Positions 25,066-32,000 of a stretch of 32,000 bases of DNA are shown piece by piece. A program made the translations under genes and the position numbers. This DNA comes from Thermodesulfobacteriota bacterium. GTDB lineage: Bacteria; Desulfobacterota; WTBG01; JAGOGO01. Location of the stretch: NCBI GenBank assembly GCA_026625185.1, contig CP113000.1, positions 3,268,547 to 3,300,546 of the forward strand, given 5' to 3'. The notes beneath the pieces are model-generated. The model worked only from the letters and a program-made list of their open reading frames with translations, was not told the origin of the DNA and searched no databases. How positions within the stretch are numbered: position 1 is the first letter of the stretch; each line of letters begins with the position of its first letter.

Positions 25066-25551
25066 TTAAAGTTCTTTTATAACCTCTTGAATTATCTCCC
25101 TCAGTCCTTTATCTGCCGTCGTCATAGCGATGATTTCGAGTTTAGCGCGAAATCCTTGCATTGCGGTTAGGCTTCGCTCCCGGTAGTGGCTTTTAAGTTT
25201 TAAAATTACCTCTTTTACAGTACCAACATCTTTATGATCAAGAAAAAGGGAAAGAGTATCCCAGTCGTCAGGAAGGCCATATTCCTGGATAAACTTCTTT
25301 GCTATGGCGGGAAATTTTGGGGTTCCGTGACGGTGGTAAAGCTCGTTTCTGGCTTTTTTATATTCCAGAGTACCTTTCTTCCCCATGAATAATTTCTCTG
25401 CTTCTTTGCGGTATTGTTTTTGAATCCATTCCGACCGCTTAGATTTTTTAAAAACACTTTTTTCCTGCGAAGCGTGTTTACTTTTATCCTTTTGCCTATC
25501 AATCTCCCGCCAGGATAACTTTTCTCTATCGTCCTCATCGTAATTAATCAT
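25066..25551 (-). CDS. Hypothetical, highly charged protein
   Basis: 161 aa with a Lys/Glu/Arg-rich N-terminal half. Its start overlaps the stop of the upstream Mur-ligase gene by 4 nt (ATGA), indicating translational coupling. Confidence 0.6.
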   Translation of the reverse strand: MINYDEDDREKLSWREIDRQKDKSKHASQEKSVFKKSKRSEWIQKQYRKEAEKLFMGKKGTLEYKKARNELYHRHGTPKFPAIAKKFIQEYGLPDDWDTLSLFLDHKDVGTVKEVILKLKSHYRERSLTAMQGFRAKLEIIAMTTADKGLREIIQEVIKEL

Positions 25552-26969
25552 TTTCCCTCCTTACTAAAAATCATTTTTTTCTCTTCATGGGAAAAAGCTG
25601 TCTTACTTTTCAAGCTTCTTAAAATTTTTTGTGCCAAACTCGTAAGCGAATTATCCCTCGCTCCCATAACCACAACCACATCTCCTGGTTGTGCTCTTTC
25701 AGTAACATGATCAATAACCTGCTCTCGATCTTTAAGATTTTCTGTTTGGGGGATGTAAATTTCCCTGACTAACTCAGCTGAAGAAATTGATTTTTCAGCT
25801 GTCCCGCCCACGTAAAAGATATCGAGCAAAATCACACTATCGGTTTTTCTTAACGCAAGGTTGAAAGTCCCGATGAGTTCTTCTCTAATAAGCTTAGTTG
25901 ACCCAAAACCATGAGGCTGATAGATGACGATAAGACTTGAGCCCATAAGCTTAAGGGTTTCAAGCGCGGCGGCAATCTTGGCTGCATTGTGAGAAAAATC
26001 ATCAAAAACTTTAATACCGCCTGTCTCCCCTATCAAAGAAAGCCGTCTTTCCACTCCTCGAAACATTTTCAGCGCCTGCCTTATCGTACCAAGAGGAATC
26101 TTTAGTTTTATTCCCAGCGCGATAGCTGCCAAGGCATTGGCAACATTATGCTTGCCCGGAACAGGAAGGGAAAAAAAAGTCTCCTGAACTTTAAAGGTTG
26201 AACCGGATGCTGTTAGGGTGACCTCCTCCGCCCTAATGTCACTTTCCGAAGTAAAGCCAAAGGTCAAAACCCGTTCCGGAGAAATTCGAGCACTGAGATC
26301 TCGGGAAAAAGGGCACTCAACATTTAGAATCACTTCATTCTTTATATTTTCAATAAACATCGAAAAAATTTTAATCAGATCAGGCAGGGGTTTATGGTCC
26401 TTTGAAATATTTGCTAAAATTCCAATCTCCGGATAAAACTTTACCAGTGACCCGTCACTTTCATCGGTTTCGATCAGCATAAAATGAGAACTTCCGATTT
26501 TAACGTTCCCTAACCTGCCCGGGCTTTTATACTCAGAAATAATGGCGCCATTAATTACCGTGGGATCTAAACAAGCTTCATCCATGACTTTCGCAGCCAT
26601 CGCCGTGATGGTTGATTTGCCGCTTGTTCCGGCCACGGCAATTCCCCGCGCACTATTACAAAGCCGGGCCAATAATTCGGCGCGTGTAATTACCGGAAGG
26701 TTAAATTCCCTGGCCTTTATTAAATCCAGGTTATTGTCTTCGATCGCACCAGAGATTATCACTTCATCAATCTCCGCCCCTATACCGGTTCCATCTTGGG
26801 GGAAAAGTTTTATTCCGCGGGACTGGAGAAAGGTAAAAATCTCCTTATCCCTTTGCTGGTCAAAATTGCGGTCCGAACCAGACACAAAATTCCCCTGCGC
26901 ACAAGTTATTTGAGCAAGTCCACTCATGCCGCTTCCCCCAATACCAATAAAAAAAATGCGTTTACTCAT
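25548..26969 (-). CDS. Mur ligase family protein (MurC/Mpl-like)
   Basis: 473 aa. It has a MurC-type N-terminus (IFFIGIGGSGMSGLA), the ATP P-loop AGTSGKSTIT and the ETDESDGS motif. It is not in a dcw-type context within this window. Confidence 0.8.
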   Translation of the reverse strand: MSKRIFFIGIGGSGMSGLAQITCAQGNFVSGSDRNFDQQRDKEIFTFLQSRGIKLFPQDGTGIGAEIDEVIISGAIEDNNLDLIKAREFNLPVITRAELLARLCNSARGIAVAGTSGKSTITAMAAKVMDEACLDPTVINGAIISEYKSPGRLGNVKIGSSHFMLIETDESDGSLVKFYPEIGILANISKDHKPLPDLIKIFSMFIENIKNEVILNVECPFSRDLSARISPERVLTFGFTSESDIRAEEVTLTASGSTFKVQETFFSLPVPGKHNVANALAAIALGIKLKIPLGTIRQALKMFRGVERRLSLIGETGGIKVFDDFSHNAAKIAAALETLKLMGSSLIVIYQPHGFGSTKLIREELIGTFNLALRKTDSVILLDIFYVGGTAEKSISSAELVREIYIPQTENLKDREQVIDHVTERAQPGDVVVVMGARDNSLTSLAQKILRSLKSKTAFSHEEKKMIFSKEGK

Positions 26970-26984
26970 AAAGTAAGAAATTCA

Positions 26985-27584
26985 TCAAAGCGGAGTATTC
27001 GGGTAGGTCTCCAAAAGCTTTTTCAGTTCTTCAGGAGTATTGATATTAGATAACGTATGTAAATCCGGATCGAACGGTTTAAGTTCTTCCTCGGTAACCT
27101 CTCTCACTCGCATCCCTTGGTAGGCCTTGATGATGCTAAGCTTTCCCTGTTGCAACAGCCGCTCGATAGGTTTTAGTAACGTCCGAGAATAAATCGCATG
27201 GAGCGGTTGCCAATAATCTTTTGTTCTTTGCGCGACAATATCAGCGGTTTGAGCCAAACTGAGGAAGTACTGTATGACTCTTCTGTCCAGAAAAGGCATA
27301 TCACACCCTACGAAAAAAGCTTTTGGCGATGAAGAAAAAAAAAGGCCAGTATATATCCCCCCAAAGGTGCCTTTTCCAGGAACAAGGTCAGTTACGATCC
27401 TAACTTCTAACTCTATGTAATCTAACGGCGTATTAGTCACCAAGAGGACGTCATCAAAAATTTCTCTAAAAAGAGAAACAGTACGATCAATAATTCGTGT
27501 GCCGTTAATTTCGATAAAGGCTTTATTTTTACCCATGCGGGTGCTTTCCCCGCCCGCAAGAATGACTCCGGTCATAAAAATCAA
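26985..27584 (-). CDS. mobA: Molybdenum cofactor guanylyltransferase
   Basis: 199 aa with GVILAGGESTRMGKNKAF and the CDMPF motif. A 4-nt overlap links it to dtd. Confidence 0.85.
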   Translation of the reverse strand: MIFMTGVILAGGESTRMGKNKAFIEINGTRIIDRTVSLFREIFDDVLLVTNTPLDYIELEVRIVTDLVPGKGTFGGIYTGLFFSSSPKAFFVGCDMPFLDRRVIQYFLSLAQTADIVAQRTKDYWQPLHAIYSRTLLKPIERLLQQGKLSIIKAYQGMRVREVTEEELKPFDPDLHTLSNINTPEELKKLLETYPNTPL

Positions 27585-28030
27585 AATACCTTTTTGCTAT
27601 CCATGAGAATCGTAACCGGGCCATGGTTGATAAGGCCCACTTCCATAAGCGCCTGGAATTCACCAACAGCCACGGCAATTTCTTTTTCTTTTACTCGCTC
27701 AATAAAATACTGGTATAGATTTTTCGCTTCTGCAGGCTCAGCCGCAGCCGTAAAAGATGGTCTCCTTCCTTTGCGGCAATCGGCCATCAGGGTAAACTGA
27801 GATACGATAAGCATCTCGCCTCCGACGTCGAGAAGAGAGCTATTCATCTTTCCGTACTGATCGTCAAAGATTCTCAGGTTAATAGTTTTGTCAACCAGGT
27901 AATCCGCATCCTCGCAATTATCTTCACGCGAAATGCCGAGCAAAACCAAAAGCCCGGGGCCAATGGATCCGATTATATTTTCGTTAACAATAACCTGAGC
28001 GCTTTTTACCCGTTGGATGACTGCACGCAT
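27581..28030 (-). CDS. dtd: D-aminoacyl-tRNA deacylase
   Basis: 149 aa. It is collinear with E. coli Dtd: MRAVIQRV, GPGLLVLLG, SQFTL, RPSF and NHGPVT. Confidence 0.9.
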   Translation of the reverse strand: MRAVIQRVKSAQVIVNENIIGSIGPGLLVLLGISREDNCEDADYLVDKTINLRIFDDQYGKMNSSLLDVGGEMLIVSQFTLMADCRKGRRPSFTAAAEPAEAKNLYQYFIERVKEKEIAVAVGEFQALMEVGLINHGPVTILMDSKKVF

Positions 28031-28050
28031 ACCCCATAATAATGAAGAAA

Positions 28051-29367
28051 TTAACGGGCGACAACCATTTTTTGAAAGGAATCTTCCTTTCCTTCAAGTT
28101 GAGCGATCATTTTACGTGAGGTTTCCGCGAAGAGATGACGATAGGCATTGTCCACCGGAAATCCGGGTGGAAATTTTTCTTTGAGGGGATTAACAAAGAC
28201 TCCATTTTTTCCCATGCGGTAATCCAAATGGGGACCGGTGGCTAAACCAGTGGCCCCTACACGGCCAATCATATCTTTCTGTTGTACCCGGGCGCCGACT
28301 CTGATATTTTTCCCAAAACCGGAAAGGTGGTTATACATGGTCTCATAACCGAGAGGATGGCGAATTTTTACTGTGTTGCCATTTCCATTTTTCCACCCCT
28401 TTGCCACGACAACCCCATCACCAACAGCCAAAACCGGCGTCCCCTGAGGAGCGGCAAAATCAATGCCCAAATGAGGCTTATACTCTTTTAAAATTGGATG
28501 AAACCGATGGTAGGAGTATCCTGAAGTTATCCGCATAAACTTAAGCGGAGATCGCAGAAAGCTTCGCCTGACGGAAATGCCTTCCGGGGTAAAATAACCT
28601 TCCTGCCCTTTGGGTTCTTTAAAATAAATGGCGCGATACACCTTGCCTTGATTATTATATTCTGCGGCTTTAATTTTTCCATAACAGAACAACTGGCCAT
28701 CCTTAAAATATTTTTCGATAATAAAAGCAAACTGATCACCTTTTTGAAGATCATGCCGAAAATCTATATCCCACGCAAAAATTTCCGCAAAATCAATAGC
28801 CAATTGGTCATGCTCGCCCGCTTTCACAATAGCGCCAAAAAGAGAATCTTCAATCACCCCGGAGACTTTAGTAACCTTCTTGCTAAGATAAACCTTATCT
28901 TTGCTCGGCAGAAGTTTTTCCCCCTCTTTTCTTAAATGATAAATCGTAACCAGATCAGTTTTTATGGTGATTTTACGGAGGTCCCCTTTACCGTCCGTCT
29001 TTATGCTGTACTCATCTCCTGGCGACAGCTTGCGACAATTAAAAACTGGCTTAAATCCCTCGACACACTCAGCAATTGTTAAGGAAGAAAAACCATGATC
29101 GGAAAGAATGGAACAAAAAGTATCTCCTGACTTTACCTTTCCTTGCATCATATTAATTTGTTTATCGGCCAAAAAAGGAGAAAAGGAGTTTGCAAGAAAT
29201 TCGTTGAGGTTGTAAGGTTGCGGGGTGGGAAGGGAATAGGAATCATGTTTGGACACTAACAGAGGGAAAAAAGCAAAAAAGAAAATCAAAAAAATAAAGA
29301 CCCTTTTTTGGGGGGGGCGGATACTTTTGATCTCTTTTCTCAGTTCGGAAAACCTTCGCGAATGCAT
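28051..29367 (-). CDS. M23-family metallopeptidase with an N-terminal membrane anchor
   Basis: 438 aa with a TM segment (FIFLIFFFAFFPLLV). M23 motifs are HLGIDFAAPQGTPV and MYNHLS...GATGLATGPHLDY. Confidence 0.85.
   Translation of the reverse strand: MHSRRFSELRKEIKSIRPPQKRVFIFLIFFFAFFPLLVSKHDSYSLPTPQPYNLNEFLANSFSPFLADKQINMMQGKVKSGDTFCSILSDHGFSSLTIAECVEGFKPVFNCRKLSPGDEYSIKTDGKGDLRKITIKTDLVTIYHLRKEGEKLLPSKDKVYLSKKVTKVSGVIEDSLFGAIVKAGEHDQLAIDFAEIFAWDIDFRHDLQKGDQFAFIIEKYFKDGQLFCYGKIKAAEYNNQGKVYRAIYFKEPKGQEGYFTPEGISVRRSFLRSPLKFMRITSGYSYHRFHPILKEYKPHLGIDFAAPQGTPVLAVGDGVVVAKGWKNGNGNTVKIRHPLGYETMYNHLSGFGKNIRVGARVQQKDMIGRVGATGLATGPHLDYRMGKNGVFVNPLKEKFPPGFPVDNAYRHLFAETSRKMIAQLEGKEDSFQKMVVAR
29310..29317 (+). 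repeat. G8 homopolymer (C8 on the coding strand) at codons 18-20 of the M23 peptidase gene
   Basis: It reads TTTTTTGGGGGGGGCGG on the + strand and encodes IRPPQKR on the minus strand. Confidence 0.9.
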
Positions 29368-29644
29368 CTCTGCCTAAGTGTGTCCTCGTAAAAAAATCAA
29401 ATAATTTAATTTACTATAGGATTTTTTGAAAGGAAGGTTTTTTTATTTTACGCATTATTTAAAGAAATTCAAGAAAAAAATAAAGGAAACTGCGACAAAA
29501 TCACTTCTTGCAAACCCTTTTTTAATAAGCTAAATAAATACCTTAAGACTCCGAAACCTCACCCTCGTCATATCTTCCCCACTGGAATTGGTCTAGTTTT
29601 GTAATGCGGGGCTACTAAGATTTTTGCCTTTAGGGCGCCAAAAA

Positions 29645-30646
29645 ATGATAGATTACATCCACAGCATCGAGAAGAAAATCCTTGGGGGGGGGGGAATAAG
29701 CTTTACTGAGGCAAAAAAGCTTCTGAACACTCCTCCCATCCACCTTGTTTATCTCATCGCCATTGCCCATAACGTTCGCCATCATTTTTTTGGTGATAAC
29801 GTAGGGCTTTGCACGATCATCAATGCCAAGTCCGGTCGTTGTTCTGAAGATTGCATTTTCTGTGCTCAATCAGCACACTATCACGGTGAATGCGAAATTT
29901 ATCCGTTGGTTGAGGTGGAACACATTATCCGAGCCGCGCTTGATGCCGCATCCAAGGGAATCCAGCGTTTCAGCATCGTAACCAGTGGTCGAGGGCTGGG
30001 GAAAAAGGATTTTAAAAAAGTACTTGAATCTATAAAAGCTATCATCCAAAAAACTTGTTTGCAGGTCGATTGTTCTTTGGGAATTTTGTCTTCTGAACAA
30101 GCTGCCGCTCTCAAAGACGCCGGAGTTGAGCGTTATCACCACAACTTGGAAACCGCGCCAAGTTTTTTTGATAAAATCTGTACCACCCACTCCATCACAG
30201 AAAAAATTAAAACTCTCAATTTAATTAAGGATGCCGGGTTAAGCGTTTGCTCCGGGGGCATTCTCGGGTTGGGGGAATCTCCGGAACAATGGCTGGAGAT
30301 GATTTTTGTTCTTCGTGATCTTGGCGTTGATTGTATTCCTGTAAATATCTTAAATCCCCGCCCAGGGACCCCGCTTGCAAACCGAAAACCGCCAATGCCT
30401 TTAGAAATCATAAAAATCCTGGCCATCATGAGACTGATTGTGCCACAAACGGAAATCCGTTTAGCCGGAGGCCGAGAAGTTAATCTGCGGGATTTTCAGG
30501 CACTTGCTTATTGGGCAGGAGTTACCGGCATGATCGTAGGAGGCTATCTCACCACTGGAGGCCGAGCTTTGAAACAAGACCTCCAAATGCTTAAAGACTT
30601 AGGGCTTCGTTGGATGACAACAACGCAGAAACAGCACAAAAAATAA
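29645..30646 (+). CDS. bioB: Biotin synthase
   Basis: I place the start at the ATG at 29645 (MIDYIHS). Motifs: radical-SAM CSEDCIFCAQS, YHHNLETAPSFF and SVCSGGILGLGES. Confidence 0.9.
   Translation: MIDYIHSIEKKILGGGGISFTEAKKLLNTPPIHLVYLIAIAHNVRHHFFGDNVGLCTIINAKSGRCSEDCIFCAQSAHYHGECEIYPLVEVEHIIRAALDAASKGIQRFSIVTSGRGLGKKDFKKVLESIKAIIQKTCLQVDCSLGILSSEQAAALKDAGVERYHHNLETAPSFFDKICTTHSITEKIKTLNLIKDAGLSVCSGGILGLGESPEQWLEMIFVLRDLGVDCIPVNILNPRPGTPLANRKPPMPLEIIKILAIMRLIVPQTEIRLAGGREVNLRDFQALAYWAGVTGMIVGGYLTTGGRALKQDLQMLKDLGLRWMTTTQKQHKK
29684..29694 (+). repeat. G11 homopolymer at bioB codons 14-17
   Basis: CTT GGG GGG GGG GGA encodes L-G-G-G-G. It is the longest G/C run in the window. Confidence 0.9.
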
Positions 30647-30648
30647 AA

Positions 30649-31087
30649 ATCGGAACCAGTGGCTTTCAGCTTAACGACTGGTAAGGGTCAGTCTACCCGC
30701 CTGATCTTACCGAACCAGCAATGCTTTCTTATTATAAAAAACACCTCGGCTTTGATACCGTTGAAATCAATTTTACCTACTACCGTCTGCCCTTCCCTAA
30801 AGTAATGGAGGGGATGGCAAAAAAGACTTTCGACGGATTCGAATTTTCCGTGCGTTCCTATAAAGAAATGACCCATGAGATTTGGGAGAATAACAACCGA
30901 TGGGGCTTAAAACTTCTCGAGAAGAGGGGTATAATTATCTTTATTCAGAGGATGAGCTAAAATCTTTTTTGCCTTCCATCCAAAGGATTGTCCACCCAAC
31001 TAAAAAAATGTATATTTATTTTAACAACTGTCATGCGGGAAATGCGGTAAAAATGTTCTCTTTTTAAAGCAGCTTTTACAGTCATAA
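30649..31087 (+). pseudogene. DUF72-family gene remnant
   Basis: IGTSGFQLNDW-TAA-GSVYPPDL...YKKHLGFDTVEINFTYYRLP...FEFSVRSYKEMTH matches the DUF72 N-terminal half but has an in-frame stop and no start codon. The C-terminal signature YIYFNNCHAGNAV is in another frame. The total span is about half the usual family length, so there is also an internal deletion. Confidence 0.7.
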
Positions 31088-31168
31088 AACACGATAAAAA
31101 CGTATCCTCAAATAAATACTGGGTCAGAGCACGAAGATCAAATTTTTCAAAATTAAAAAGGAGCCATA

Positions 31169-31855
31169 ATGAAGCCTGTATTTATCGAAGCAATTACCCT
31201 TGACGACGCCTGGCACCAGGCGGTTTATAACCTTTTTGAACATGGCCGACGTTATACTATCGATCAGGGCAGTTATGCAGGCAGTGAGCGCATTGAATTC
31301 GATTTTGTCGTTATCCGAATAAAAGCGCCGGGGGAAGAGCCACGCTTACCCAAGATACCCGAGCAGCTCAACATACCGTCACCGGTTAGTGAAGATTATG
31401 TAGTGAGTTATTTTAACGACTATATTATTGGGGGGAAAAAAGCCGACGGTGAGGATTATACCTATGGGGAGAGATTAACCAACGCGCAAAAACGCGACGG
31501 TAGTTTTTTAAATCAAATTGAGGAAGCCATCAAAAGGTACAAAAAAGAAGGATTTGGCACGAACCAGATTATCCTCCAAGTCGGACAGCCCTCTGACCTT
31601 CTTCTCGATGACCCGCCTTGCTTACGCCATGTTGACACCAAAATTCGGGACAATACCCTCCATTTTTTCCCTTACTTCCGTTCCTGGGATCTGTGGGGCG
31701 GATTTCCGGCCAACTTAGCCGCCCTCCAGCTTTTAAAGGAATATATGGCTTCGGAAATCGGAGTCCATGACGGTGAAATTATAGCCAGCTCAAAAGGGTT
31801 ACATATTTACAGACACGTTGAAGAACTGGCAAAGTTGAGATTTGGAAAATCATAA
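31169..31855 (+). CDS. Thymidylate-synthase-fold protein, short divergent (archaeal-like) form
   Basis: 228 aa. It has a catalytic-Cys motif DDPPCLRHV (canonical PPCH), then RSWDLWGGFPANLAAL (canonical RSxD..G.PFNIA.Y) and a KGLHIY ending. An AAAGGAG RBS lies upstream. Confidence 0.7.
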   Translation: MKPVFIEAITLDDAWHQAVYNLFEHGRRYTIDQGSYAGSERIEFDFVVIRIKAPGEEPRLPKIPEQLNIPSPVSEDYVVSYFNDYIIGGKKADGEDYTYGERLTNAQKRDGSFLNQIEEAIKRYKKEGFGTNQIILQVGQPSDLLLDDPPCLRHVDTKIRDNTLHFFPYFRSWDLWGGFPANLAALQLLKEYMASEIGVHDGEIIASSKGLHIYRHVEELAKLRFGKS

Positions 31856-32000
31856 TTTTTTTATTTCTCATCATTAGTGTCCGGTTAATAGTTAAATCGA
31901 AGGAAGAATTTTTTTGGCGCCAAGTTCATTTTATTCCTTTAGTTAACCAACACGGTTAGGGGAAGTATGGAGTATTTTCCATTATTGTCATAACGGAACG

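Noticed and set aside
1-32000. A scan for CRISPR arrays, intact IS elements or integrases, toxin-antitoxin pairs and known defence-system gene sets.
   Set aside because: No regularly spaced direct repeats were found. No transposase, integrase or recombinase ORF is present, and I recognised no defence-type domain combinations. The only mobile-element traces are the decayed methylase and the tRNA-Asn fragment.

Overview
The window is a bacterial chromosomal segment with AT-rich intergenic regions. The gene content suggests an anaerobe: a four-subunit 2-oxoacid:ferredoxin oxidoreductase, a NuoEF-type flavoprotein module and several radical-SAM enzymes. All functional calls come from reading motifs in the supplied translations and sequence by eye; no database search was possible.

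Layout:
- 0-8.2 kb (+ strand): ModE-like wHTH, single-domain UPF0016 transporter, miaB, DUF151 nuclease, PHP hydrolase, His-rich CDF exporter. A 570-bp gene-free gap follows, then tRNA-Ser, SRP RNA, dnaX, ybaB and recR.
- 8.3-14.4 kb: porG-porD-porA-porB, followed directly by NuoE-like, NuoF-like and a short NuoG-N-terminal-like gene with no catalytic domain. This is the most system-like and least explained unit in the window.
- 14.5-20.2 kb: a truncated tRNA-Asn copy, an intact tRNA-Asn, a badly decayed Dam-type methylase, a class I aldolase, a putative lipoprotein, an orphan PAS histidine kinase, a hypothetical protein and a broken cupin gene. It looks like an eroded accessory island.
- 20.2-29.4 kb (- strand, except the + strand PxxKW gene): secreted protein, ptsI, rsmI, PNP/UDP-family phosphorylase, PxxKW Cys-rich protein, a 161-aa unknown protein coupled to a MurC/Mpl-like ligase, mobA, dtd and an M23 peptidase.
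- 29.6-32 kb (+ strand): bioB, a DUF72 pseudogene and a short, divergent thymidylate-synthase-fold protein.

Other signals:
- A three-copy intergenic inverted-repeat element family.
- Unusual G/C homopolymer tracts at the 5' ends of genes.
- A candidate structured RNA.
- Three independent pseudogenes.

I saw no CRISPR array, no intact mobile element and no recognisable defence system.
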